A stretch of 64,000 nucleotides of DNA from assembly GCA_965247095.1 (NCBI GenBank), contig OZ251997.1, positions 128,001-192,000 of the forward strand, in the 5' to 3' direction. Positions 41,041 through 50,134 of this stretch are shown here, piece by piece (the first letter of the stretch is position 1; each line of letters opens with the position of its first letter). Under the pieces are notes generated by a model. It saw nothing but the letters and a program-made list of their open reading frames with translations, was not told the DNA's origin and searched no databases. The position numbers were made by a program, and so were the translations under genes. Source of the DNA: Candidatus Multivorans sp. GTDB lineage: Bacteria; Acidobacteriota; Thermoanaerobaculia; Multivoradales; Multivoraceae.

Positions 41041-42162
41041 TTGAACAAACTCGATTGGAGTCCGCAGATGGAAGTCGCCAGCGCTGACGCTCAGGCACAG
41101 GCCAGGGAGAAGCTCGACGCTCACGTTCGCGACATGATGGAGTGGCATTTCGACCCGGAGACCGGCACGCCGTTCTGGCTGGACTTCGCCTCGAAGCTCG
41201 ACTTCGATCCTCGGAGCGACGTTGCCGGCTACGCCGACCTGCGCAAGTTTCCACCGTTCCAGGACGAGTGGCTGCGCGGCGGCCCGGTGCGGCGCTGGGT
41301 GCCGAAGGCGATGGCCGACGATCCCGTCTACGTGTTCGAGACCGGCGGCACGACCGGCATCCCGAAGAGCCGGGTGGCCTTGAACGACTTCCGCACCGAC
41401 TACGAACTGTTCAGCGCCAACCTGCCGGACGAGCACTTCCCGCCGGGCTGCAACTGGCTGATGCTCGGCCCCTCGGGCCCGCGCCGGCTGCGTCTGGCGG
41501 TGGAGCACCTGTGCCAGTACCGCGGCGGCATCTGCTTCTGCGTCGACCTCGACCCGAGGTGGGTGATCAAGCTGATCAAGAAGGGCTGGATGGAGCACCT
41601 CGAGGCCTACAAGGACCACGTGATCGACCAGGCGTTGTCGGTGCTCTCCGCCGGTCACGACATCCAGGCCTTGTTCGCCACCCCGAAACTGCTCGAGAGC
41701 CTGTGTCTGGCGCTCGAGGATCGGGGCCAGACCCTTGCCGACACCGGCATCCGCGGCATCTTCTCCGGCGGCACCGAGTTCACGCCGCAGTGGACCCGGT
41801 TCGCGGTCGAGGAACTTCTCGAGGGCGTCTACATGACGCCGACCTACGGCAACACCCTGATGGGCCTCGCCGCTTCGCGGCCTGTGACCGCCGAGGAGGG
41901 CTACACGATCGCCTACTACGCGCCCCAGCCGCGCGCGGTGCTCGAAGTCGTCGACCCCGATGACCCCGACCAGGTCGTCGACTACGGCGCCACCGGCCGC
42001 GTGCGGCTCACGACCCTGACCCGCGAGTTCTTCGTCCCCGGCTTCCTGGAGCGCGACGAGGGCGAGCGGGAACGGCCCTACGTCGACTACCCTTGGGACG
42101 GCGTCAGCGGCGTGCGGCCGTTTGCCAAGTTGGCGTCCGGGACGACGGTCGGGGTGTACTAG
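41041..42162 (+). CDS. Adenylate-forming protein, GriC/EhpF/LuxE-PaaK-like
   Basis: WHFDPETGTPFW, VFETGGTTGIPK P-loop, PTYGNT, GRVRLT..FLERD. Confidence 0.75.
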   Translation: MNKLDWSPQMEVASADAQAQAREKLDAHVRDMMEWHFDPETGTPFWLDFASKLDFDPRSDVAGYADLRKFPPFQDEWLRGGPVRRWVPKAMADDPVYVFETGGTTGIPKSRVALNDFRTDYELFSANLPDEHFPPGCNWLMLGPSGPRRLRLAVEHLCQYRGGICFCVDLDPRWVIKLIKKGWMEHLEAYKDHVIDQALSVLSAGHDIQALFATPKLLESLCLALEDRGQTLADTGIRGIFSGGTEFTPQWTRFAVEELLEGVYMTPTYGNTLMGLAASRPVTAEEGYTIAYYAPQPRAVLEVVDPDDPDQVVDYGATGRVRLTTLTREFFVPGFLERDEGERERPYVDYPWDGVSGVRPFAKLASGTTVGVY

Positions 42163-42302
42163 GGGCGCGGAGGCTCCCGGGTACTTCATTGAGAGAGGCT
42201 GCTCGTGCCTGACCACAACCAGGCCTCGGCGGACTCACGCCGTAGCAGCACCTCCAGCCGAGCGGAACCTGTCAACGACATTGACACAGCGGGGTTCTGG
42301 AT

Positions 42303-43301
42303 TTACTGAGTCGTCTCTGCAGTCTCGTTGTCGGGCTTGTTGATCCAGACGGCCTGGGGCAGTGGCGTATGCATCGGTTGGCCGCCGACGAATCGTTCGG
42401 GGGAGCTTTCCCAGGCGGCGCTCAGCGTGCGTTGGCGCTGCTCGATCACGGCTTGCGCCCGGCCGTAGTGGACGGTCTCGGGGGTCAGCATGGCGATGCC
42501 GGCATGGCGGTGTTCGGTGTTGTACCAGGGGAAGAAGGACCTGCAGTAGTCGGTCGCGGCGTCCTGGTTGGGGAAGCGGCTGGGGAAGTCGGGGTGGTAC
42601 TTGAGGGTCTTGAACTGTGCTTCGGAGTAGGGGTTGTCGTCGCTGACCCGCGGGCGGCCCAGGGACCGGTTCACGCCGAGGCGGGCGAGCAGTTGGGCGG
42701 TACCCTGGCTGGTCATGGGGGCGCCTCGATCGGAATGCAGGGTCAGGACATGGGGCTTGACGCCGTGCTTGAGGCAGGTCTCCTCGATGAGCCTTTGGGC
42801 GAGCGCGGAGTTCTCGCGGTCGGCGACCATCCAGCCGACCGCGTAGCGGCTTAGGAGGTCAAGCAGGACGTAGAGGTAGTAGTAGGTCCAGGTCTGCGGT
42901 CCGAGCAGCCTGGTGATGTCCCACGACCAGACCTGGTTGGGCGCGACAGCGACCAGCTCCGGCTTGGCGTACGACGGATGGACGCGCTGGTTGCGGCGGT
43001 CCCTCACGGGGTGGTTCGCTTCGAGGATGCGGTACATCGTGCGCTCCGAGCACAGGTAGCGGCCCTCGTCGAGCAGGGTGGCCACCACTTCTCCCGGCGA
43101 ACGATCGACGAAACGCGGCGACGCAAGCGTGGCCTCGACCCGTTTCCGCTCGATCTGGCTCAGTGCCCGGGCAGGCGTGGGGCGGGGCTGCCGTCGCCCG
43201 GGAGCGGGCCTCGCACGACGATAGAAGGTCGATCGCGATACGCCCAGCGCCCGGCACGCCGGCGCGACGCCGACCTGCCGGGCCAGGGACCTTGCCGCCA
43301 T
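42303..43301 (-). CDS. IS3-family transposase OrfB (DDE)
   Basis: PNQVWSWDIT, LHSDRG, DNPYSEAQFKTLK, WYNTEHRH. Confidence 0.93.
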   Translation of the reverse strand: MAARSLARQVGVAPACRALGVSRSTFYRRARPAPGRRQPRPTPARALSQIERKRVEATLASPRFVDRSPGEVVATLLDEGRYLCSERTMYRILEANHPVRDRRNQRVHPSYAKPELVAVAPNQVWSWDITRLLGPQTWTYYYLYVLLDLLSRYAVGWMVADRENSALAQRLIEETCLKHGVKPHVLTLHSDRGAPMTSQGTAQLLARLGVNRSLGRPRVSDDNPYSEAQFKTLKYHPDFPSRFPNQDAATDYCRSFFPWYNTEHRHAGIAMLTPETVHYGRAQAVIEQRQRTLSAAWESSPERFVGGQPMHTPLPQAVWINKPDNETAETTQ

Positions 43302-43786
43302 CAGCAGTCCTTCCCGTCTTCGAGGCTGAATCCCAGCAGCCCTGCAACTTTTCCCTGGACGTCCAGGATCGTGTGTGCGGCGGCGACTTCCCTCTCGAGA
43401 CGCTTGACCTTCGCTTCCAGCCGCTTCACCTTCGGCCTCAGAGGGTTGGCCTCGTTCGGCTTGCGGCCCCGCTTCTTCGGCCTCAGACCGGAAAGCGCGC
43501 CCTCGCGCCGCGCCTTGCGCCAGTTGGCCAGATGGGAGCTGTACAGACCCTCTCGCCGCAGCAGCCGACCCACCTCGCCGCGGTGGGTGCATCGGTCCGC
43601 TTCCTCCAGAATCCGCAGCCGGTACTCCGCCGTGAACTGCCGCCTGGTCGGTCTCGCCAGCACTTCCGGGTCGGGAACCGCCCCGGCGGGCGCCGCGCCG
43701 GCCGCGGGGGCCTCGTCGCTACGCTCCTCAACCCCCGCGGCCGGGAGCTCCGAGCCGCCGCCAAACCTCTGCTCTCGTCTTGACAT
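43301..43786 (-). CDS. IS3-family transposase OrfA
   Basis: RRQFTAEYRLRILEEAD..LLRREGLYSSHLANWR HTH plus leucine zipper; TGATG overlap with orfB. Confidence 0.9.
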   Translation of the reverse strand: MSRREQRFGGGSELPAAGVEERSDEAPAAGAAPAGAVPDPEVLARPTRRQFTAEYRLRILEEADRCTHRGEVGRLLRREGLYSSHLANWRKARREGALSGLRPKKRGRKPNEANPLRPKVKRLEAKVKRLEREVAAAHTILDVQGKVAGLLGFSLEDGKDC

Positions 43787-43860
43787 TGATCCTCCTTGCC
43801 AACGTGTGCCCTCCACTATTCAACGGGATGGCCGCTGTGTCACGTACGTTGGCAGAGAGG

Positions 43861-44758
43861 GTACGGCCCGGCGTCGGTCACGACGCCCGCGCTCCATGCT
43901 CTGATGCAGGCGGAGGTTCCCGTCTCGTGGTTCACGAGCGGCGGTTGGTTCGTGGGCCACACAGTGGGGACGGGTCACCGAAACGTGACGGTTCGGGAGG
44001 CTCAGTTCAGGGCGGCATTCGATGAACGCCGCTGTCTGGACCTCGCCCGCGGCTTGGTCAGGGCGAAGGTGAGGAACTCACGGACTCTGCTTCGACGCAA
44101 CTGGAGGGCGGCGAAGGGCGAAGGATCCGAGAAGGATCGCGCCCTCTCTCGCCTCAAGTGAATCGCCAAGGAGGCGGAAACTGCGGTCAACGCTCAGCAG
44201 TTGCTCGGTGTCGAAGGGGAGGGGGCGGCCATCTACTTCCGCTTCTTCGACCGCATGCTGGCAGCTCCAGCCGGCGCAGAGGTGGAGAAGTTCTCGTTCA
44301 CCACGCGGAATCGCAGGCCTCCGACTGACCCGGTCAATGCCATGCTCTCCCTTGGTTACGCACTTCTCGCGCGCGCCTTTACGAACGTCGCCTCTTCGGT
44401 CGGCCTGGACCCGTACCTAGGCTTCTACCATCGGCCCCGCCACGGCCGGCCCGCGTTGGCGCTCGACTTGATGGAGCCGTTTCGTCCGATCGTGGCGGAC
44501 TCCAGCGTCGTGCAAGTGATCAACAATGGCGAGGTTCGTCCTGCCCACTTCGTCTGGAACGGGAATGCCTGTGCCCTCAAGCCCGCAGGTCGCCGAGCGT
44601 TCATTGGGGCGTTCGAGCGCCGTCTCGAACAGGAGACAACCCACCCGGTGTTCGGCTACAGAGTCACGATGCGGCGGCTGATCGAAGTTCAAGCGAGACT
44701 GCTCACGAGGTTCTTGCAAGGCGAGATACGGGAGTATCCGCACTATCTTCCGAGGTGA
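43861..44758 (+). pseudogene. cas1: cas1 (type I-G/I-U-like), 5' end removed at the IS3 junction, with an internal TGA stop at 44159-44161
   Basis: YGPASVTTPALHALM..SWFTSGGWF, then RLK*IAKE, LLGVEGEGAAIYF, RNRRPPTDPVNAMLSLGY, ALDLMEPFR. Confidence 0.9.
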
Positions 44759-44765
44759 ATGGCGG

Positions 44766-45059
44766 ATGGCCAAGGAACGGCTGTACGTAGTGACGTACGA
44801 CATCGCGGATTCCAAACGGTGGCGCCGGGTCTTCAGGGCGATGAAGGGCTACGGGCGATGGTTGCAGCTCTCCGTGTTCCAATGCAGGTTGACGGCGAGG
44901 CGCCGGGCCGAGATGACTGCGCGCCTCGACCGCCTGATCCGGCCGGCGGAGGACCACGTCCTGATCCTCGACTTGGGGCCGGCCGAGCAGGTTGAGCTTC
45001 GCGTCGAGAGCCTGGGCAAGTCGTACGAGAAGCCCGAGAGGGCTGCTACGATCATCTGA
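44766..45059 (+). CDS. cas2: CRISPR-associated endoribonuclease Cas2
   Basis: YVVTYDIADSKRWRRV..GYG..QLSVFQC..DHVLILDLG. Confidence 0.95.
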   Translation: MAKERLYVVTYDIADSKRWRRVFRAMKGYGRWLQLSVFQCRLTARRRAEMTARLDRLIRPAEDHVLILDLGPAEQVELRVESLGKSYEKPERAATII

Positions 45060-45289
45060 ACGCTCGCACATGTGGTGGAGTGTTGTCGCTGCCGATGCTC
45101 AAGCGAGCGCTCCTGCACGCGGAAGAACCTACGCACGTCTCGAATCAAGGCAGGTCATTGACAACAGAAGACTTATGGCTGGTCGATCTGGGTCGAGCAG
45201 GTCGACTTGTAGTCGTTGCCGCGATTCGGATGGCAGCGCTCGCGGAACGGGAATGGAGTGTAGACAGCTCAGTCACTTGCGGAGACCCT
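45060..45289 (+). promoter_or_regulatory. Probable CRISPR leader
   Basis: Non-coding, lower GC, between cas2 and the first repeat. Confidence 0.65.
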
Positions 45290-45677
45290 CTTTCCGGGGC
45301 GTTCGCGCCCCGGCCTCATTGAAGCGGCTTCGATATGGGAGCTAGACAAAGTGGTTCCCTCTTTCCGGGGCGTTCGCGCCCCGGCCTCATTGAAGCCTGC
45401 GAAGAGGCAGCCGATCGAACGAACGACACCGGGACCTTTCCGGGGCGTTCGCGCCCCGGCCTCATTGAAGCACCTTCACTAGCACCGCATACAGCGGGCT
45501 ACGGAAGCCTTTCCGGGGCGTTCGCGCCCCGGCCTCATTGAAGCGCGTGAAGGGTGGTCATGCTGCCGCCGTGGCCGGTCTTTCCGGGGCGTTCGCGCCC
45601 CGGCCTCATTGAAGCGACGGCACGAACCGCCTCCGCGGCAACCTGCGCCGCCTTTCCGGGGCGTTCGCGCCCCGGCC
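45290..45677 (+). CRISPR. CRISPR array, repeat CTTTCCGGGGCGTTCGCGCCCCGGCCTCATTGAAGC (36 bp): 5 full repeats, 1 truncated repeat, 5 spacers of 35-39 bp
   Basis: Repeats start at 45290, 45361, 45436, 45509, 45580 and 45652 (the last cut after 26 nt); internal hairpin and 3' ATTGAAGC resemble type I-G/I-U repeats. Confidence 0.97.
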
Positions 45678-45797
45678 GGAGGCATCGCTCGGAAACTGAG
45701 CCACTCATCGCTCGGAAAGTGATCCACCCTCGGCCCTTGGCCGATAGCTTGGTCTTGTACAGGAGACCAAGGCGATCGGAGGAAGGACTTGCTGAGG

Positions 45798-47095
45798 ATG
45801 GATCAGGTACATGTTATTCGGCACCAGGTGCTGGTGGAGGGTCGGAGCCAACGCTCGGTGGCCCGGGAGCACGGTGTGAGCCGCAACACGGTGCGCAAGT
45901 ACCTGGATCAGAGCGAGCCGCGGCGGGTGGAGAGCAAGCCCCGGCGTCGCTGGGTGACGGAGCGTATGGCGCCGCGTCTGGAGGAGTTGCTGAGCACGTG
46001 GTCTCGCCGGACGACGGCGAAGCAGCGTCTGACGGCTGTGCGTCTGCATCGCCAGTTGCTGGAGGAGGGCTACGAGGTCGGGATCACAACGGTGCGCAGC
46101 TACGTACTTGAGTGGAAGCGTCAGCGGCAGGAGACGTTCATACCGCTGGTGCACCGTGCCGGCGAGTGTGGCCAGGTGGACTTCTTCGAGGTGACGGTGG
46201 AGGAGGACGGCGTGGCGCACCGGGTGTGGAAGCTCCTGCTGCACCTGCCGTACTCGGGCCGTTCGTTCGTGTGGCTGTACGACCGGTGCGACCAGGTGGC
46301 ATTCTTCGACGGCCACGTGCGAGCGTTCGCGCACTTCGGCGGCGTGCCGCTGCGCCTGGTCTATGACAATCTGAGTGCCGCGGTGCGTCGCCGGGTGGGC
46401 GGCGAGCGTCGGTTGACGGCTCGGTTCCAGGCGCTGGTGAGCCACTACCTGTTCGAGCCGTGCTTCGCCCGCCCTGGCGAGGGGCACGACAAGGGCAGCG
46501 TGGAGTCGCGCGGCAAGGGAATCCGTCTGGCGCACATGAGTCCGGTGCCTCAAGGGCGCACTCTGGAGGAGATCGCACGGGGCGTGCTGGCTTCGGTCGA
46601 TGCCGCGCACGGTAACCGTGCGCGGTGGCAGGAGGAGCGGGCAGCTCTGCGCGAGTTGCCGCCGACCGCGTTCGAGGCGCGGAAGCTCAGGATCGTGCGA
46701 GTGTCGAGGCAGGCGACGGTGCAGTTGGGCGGCGCGACCTACTCGGTGCCGTCGCGGTGGAAGAGTCTCGATATCCACGCGCTCGTCGGCGCCCGCGAGA
46801 TCACCTTCACCTGCCGCGACGAGGCGTGCTGCTGCGACCGCATGCGGCCGGGACAGCGCCTGGTGCGCTACTCGCACTACTTCGAGGAGCTGTCCCGGAA
46901 GCCTCAGGCCGTGTCGCAAGTCGCTCCGCCTCCGCTATTGAGGAAGCCTTGGCCACCGGCCGCTTCGACCTGCTGGGACTTGTCGAGCGGAGCTCTGCGC
47001 CCCGGATGGAGGTGCCCGAGACGCTCCGGCGCCACGAGATCGAGAGCGCCAGAGCCGCCGACTTCGACGTGCTGCTTCAGGAGGCGGCATCGTGA
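45798..47095 (+). pseudogene. istA: IS21 transposase IstA, frameshifted near 46927
   Basis: GVSRNTVRKYL HTH, GQVDF, YDNL, DKGSVE; the C-terminal tail (AIEEALATG..FDVLLQEAAS) is in another frame and overlaps the istB start. Confidence 0.85.
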
Positions 47096-47844
47096 GCCGG
47101 GCCGCGCGCAGAGCCGTCATCAAAGAGGGCCTCAAGACGCTCAAGATGCCTTCCGTGCTGCGCGACTACGAGCAGATGGCGCGTCAGGCCCAGGACGCGC
47201 AGTGGGACTACGAGGACTACCTCTGGCAACTGCTCGAGGCCGAGATCCGGGATCGTGAGGCCCGCACCGTCGAGCGCCGGTTGCGAGCGGCTCGCTTCCC
47301 CGACCACAAGACGCTCGAACAGATCGACTTCGAGGCCTTGCAAGGCGTCTCCAAACCGAAGCTGCGCGAGCTGGCCTCCTGCGACTACATCGACCGCGGC
47401 GACGACGTCGTCCTGGTCGGACCCATCGGCACCGGCAAGACGCATCTCGCGATCGCTCTCGGCATCGAGGCCGCAAAGCGCCGGTACCGGGTCTGGTTCC
47501 GCAAGGCATCCGATCTCGTCCGCGATCTGATCGAAGCCCGCGACCAGCGGGAACTGGGCCGCCTCCAGCAGCGGCTCTTGAGGGTCGACCTCCTGATCTG
47601 CGACGAGCTCGGATTCGTACCCTTCGACCGCGCCGGCGGCGAGTTGCTCTTCAATGTCTTCGCCGACCGTTACGAGCGCCGCTCGACCATCGTCACCTCC
47701 AACCTCGCCTTCTCCGAGTGGGTCCGCGTATTCGGCGACGAGAAGCTGACCACCGCTCTGCTCGACCGCCTCTCCCACCACGCCCACATACTCGCCACCA
47801 AGGGGTCCTCCTATCGGACACGGCTGCGGACCAAGACGTCATGA
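47092..47844 (+). CDS. istB: IS21 helper ATPase IstB
   Basis: GPIGTGKT Walker A, LLICDELG Walker B, TSNLAFSEW, ALLDRLSHH. Confidence 0.95.
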   Translation: MSRAARRAVIKEGLKTLKMPSVLRDYEQMARQAQDAQWDYEDYLWQLLEAEIRDREARTVERRLRAARFPDHKTLEQIDFEALQGVSKPKLRELASCDYIDRGDDVVLVGPIGTGKTHLAIALGIEAAKRRYRVWFRKASDLVRDLIEARDQRELGRLQQRLLRVDLLICDELGFVPFDRAGGELLFNVFADRYERRSTIVTSNLAFSEWVRVFGDEKLTTALLDRLSHHAHILATKGSSYRTRLRTKTS

Positions 47845-47920
47845 GCCTCAAGGGCGAGATACGGACAGCCTACGACCCCAAGTACCCCGCCGCCGCTCAG
47901 CGAGCTGACCCGGTGCGGTC

Positions 47921-48015
47921 GGCTGCGGAATCTGCCGGTCACGCGGAAAACGGCGGACCGTTTCCCGCACCGCCTTGGAAAACCGGCAGACCGGTTTCCC
48001 ACAGCTACCGCAGCC
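47921..48015 (+). other. Multi-stem structured non-coding element downstream of istB
   Basis: Outer stem GGCTGCGG/CCGCAGCC enclosing hairpins GCGGAAAACGG-CGGA-CCGTTTCCCGC and GGAAAACCGG-CAGA-CCGGTTTCC. Confidence 0.7.
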
Positions 48016-48089
48016 GCGGCGGCTACTCACTGAAGGAGACCCAAAAGGGCAGACTCGCGTACACTCGAAACACGGCCGAGGTGGCTCAC

Positions 48090-48725
48090 CGGTCTGGCGG
48101 GCATCAGCCGCCGCAAACGGCCGACGACGACCCGTCGCGCCGCTTCGGTTCGCCCGGTGCCGGACCTCGTTGATCGGCAGTTCGTGGCTGAGGCCCCGGA
48201 TCGACTGTGGGTCGCGGACATCACTTACGTTCCGACGCTTGCCGGGTTCGTGTACCTGTCGATCGTCCTGGACGTATTCAGTCGGCGAATCGTCGGCTGG
48301 GCCATGAACTCTTCTCTGGCAACCGACCTCGTGCTCAGCGCTCTGGAGATGGCGATTGCCCAGCGGCGACCCGAGTGCGTGATCCACCACTCCGCTCAAG
48401 GCAGCCAGTACACTTCCCTGACGTTCGGGAACCGCTGCCGCGATGCCGGCATCGCACTCTCGATGGGTTCCGTCGGAGATTGCTACGACAACGCCATGGC
48501 CGAGAGCTTCTTCGCCAGCCTCGAGTGCGAACTGCTCGACCAGAGAACGTTCCGAAATCACGCCGAAGCGAAGGCGGAACTCTTTCGCTACATCGAGGGC
48601 TGGTACAATACCCATCGTCGCCATTCCGCGATCGGACAACGCTCACCCGTCAACTTCGAAGAGGCGTACCGAGAGGCCGCCTGATTCCCTAAACACAAAC
48701 TGTCCACGAAACCGGGGCAACTCCA
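48090..48725 (+). mobile_element. 3' half of a second IS3-family element (OrfB core to 48684 plus right inverted repeat)
   Basis: GLAGISRRK..PDLVDRQF..LWVADITY..HHSAQGSQYTS (D to A in HSD)..CYDNAMAESFF; end CTGTCCACGAAACCGGGGCAACTCCA. Confidence 0.88.
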
Positions 48726-49103
48726 ATCGGTGCAGTGGAGAGCTTGGGCCTTGACTACCAGCTGGGGTTCTTCCATCGGCCTCGGTCGGGAAGGCCGTCG
48801 CTGGCACTCGACTTGGCTGAAGAGCTTCGCGCCCTCTCCGATCGCTTCGTGGTTACCTTGGTTCGCCGTAGGCAGATCGGTCCCGACAGCTTCGTTCGTA
48901 TGCCGGGCGGAGGGACCTACTTGACGGACCCGGGAAGAACGACGCTGATCGAAGCCTGGGAGCGCGACAAGGCAAGGCAGCTCTCGCACGGCGTGCTCGG
49001 CCGTCGTGTTGAGAGATGGGCTCTGCCGTCGGTCCAGGCGACACTGCTTGCGCGGCATCTGCGGGGCGATCTTCCGGCCTATCCTGCCTACGTGATGGCC
49101 TGA
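48726..49103 (+). pseudogene. cas1: 3' fragment of a second cas1
   Basis: GAVESLGLDYQLGFFHRPRSGRPSLALDLAEELR..QATLLARHLRGDLPAYP begins immediately after the IS3 end. Confidence 0.9.
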
Positions 49104-49105
49104 AC

Positions 49106-49396
49106 GTGGATGTTCTCGTCGCGTACGACATTGCCGACACGGACGGCAAGGGCGCGTCGCGACTGAGACGCGTCGCCAAGGTCTGCGAGAAGTACGGCGA
49201 GCGAGTGCAGTTCTCGGTCTTCGAATGCCGGTTGTCGCCCACCCGGTTCGCCCGGCTGCTCGGCGAAGTCCAGGACGTCATGGACGCGGATCTGGACTCG
49301 CTCATCGTCTACCGCTTCCCGGGCCCGCTCGCCGACTTTCGCACCCGCTTCGGTCGTGGGGGAGACCGCGAACTCGGAGATCCTTGGGTGTTCTGA
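49106..49396 (+). CDS. cas2: Cas2, second copy
   Basis: VLVAYDIADTDGKGASRLRRVAKVCEKYGERVQFSVFEC..DSLIVY. Confidence 0.93.
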   Translation: MDVLVAYDIADTDGKGASRLRRVAKVCEKYGERVQFSVFECRLSPTRFARLLGEVQDVMDADLDSLIVYRFPGPLADFRTRFGRGGDRELGDPWVF

Positions 49397-49584
49397 GGCC
49401 GTGCGAACGTCCGGTGATCCTGGGTTCGGCAACCTCGGCGGGCGGGAATCAGTCCTCGGTGGTCGCGCGCGAGGCGTGTTTTCTCCTGGGCAGGTGCGTG
49501 AACGATGTCTAGCCTAGGAGTCTCCCGTCAAGGGGTAGATTCTGGTTTCCGTCGCTCTCGGCGAGTTGCTCTTTGACATTAGCA

Positions 49585-49621
49585 GTGTCGCCGGGGTTCA
49601 TCCCCCGGCCTTCGTTGAGCG
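49585..49621 (+). CRISPR. Single orphan CRISPR-like repeat GTGTCGCCGGGGTTCATCCCCCGGCCTTCGTTGAGCG
   Basis: 37 bp with hairpin GCCGGGG/CCCCGGC and 3' TTGAGCG; lies at leader distance after the second cas2. Confidence 0.7.
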
Positions 49622-49698
49622 TGCTTCTGGTACGACCGCTACCGCTCCCTCGGACAAAGTATGTAGTTTTCGGTTGCCATTGACAGTGCTTGTCTGTC

Positions 49699-49727
49699 AG
49701 GTTCCCCCGCACCCGCGGGGATAGACC
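49699..49727 (+). CRISPR. Single orphan type I-E-like repeat AGGTTCCCCCGCACCCGCGGGGATAGACC
   Basis: 29 bp matching the I-E consensus GTTCCCCGC-x-CGCGGGGAT-x-ACC, preceded by an AT-richer stretch. Confidence 0.72.
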
Positions 49728-49842
49728 TCGCCCTAATCGATGTGAAGCTGTCCGGCGTCGCCGAGGCGGTCAGCCGGCAGAACTCGCGCTGGTGTCAGCG
49801 GTCGACGGGCCGGTTGTTGCGTGTCGGCCTGCCCGAACCGGA

Positions 49843-50127
49843 TCAGGCCAGCGCCTCGGCCACGGGCCTTCCGGCTGCTGCCCGCGTGCGGCGCGCCTGA
49901 GCGAGGTCGTAGCTTGCCTGCATCCGCATCCAGTGTTCAGCGGTTCCCCAACAGATAGCTTTGAGCGCCAGCGCCATGTCAGCTGATACACCTGCCGTGC
50001 CGTTCAGCAGGCGCGACAGCGTTCCGCGTTCGCAGCCCAGGCGAACCGCCGTCTCGGTCACGTTCCAGCCGACCTCGTCCATGCTTTCGCGGACAAGTTC
50101 GCCGAGATGCGGCGGGTTCATCATCAC
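49843..50127 (-). CDS. higA: HigA-family antitoxin (HTH), no cognate toxin seen
   Basis: NPPHLGELVRE..TLSRLLNG..VSADMALAL..WMRMQASYDL. Confidence 0.85.
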   Translation of the reverse strand: MMMNPPHLGELVRESMDEVGWNVTETAVRLGCERGTLSRLLNGTAGVSADMALALKAICWGTAEHWMRMQASYDLAQARRTRAAAGRPVAEALA

Positions 50128-50134
50128 GCCGAAG

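Larger units (their letters stand above)
42262..43860 (-). mobile_element. IS3-family insertion sequence
   Basis: Imperfect inverted repeats TGTCAACGACATTGACACAGCGG (from 42270) and TGCCAACGTACGTGACACAGCGG (reverse complement, ending 43854); orfA and orfB inside; exact ends approximate. Confidence 0.88.
45678..48089 (+). mobile_element. IS21-family element, right end truncated
   Basis: Left end with tandem catcgctcggaaa(c/g)tga(g/t)ccac repeats; istA and istB; partial inverted motif ggtggctcac near 48080-48089. Confidence 0.88.

Noticed and set aside
44159-44161. TGA in cas1 as selenocysteine or programmed readthrough
   Set aside because: Not at a catalytic Cys, no SECIS-like evidence, and the gene is already 5'-truncated; a simple nonsense mutation is more likely
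45290-48089. CRISPR-associated transposon (CAST) formed by the array plus IstA/IstB
   Set aside because: No TniQ, Cascade or Cas12k; the IS21 interrupts the array rather than carrying it
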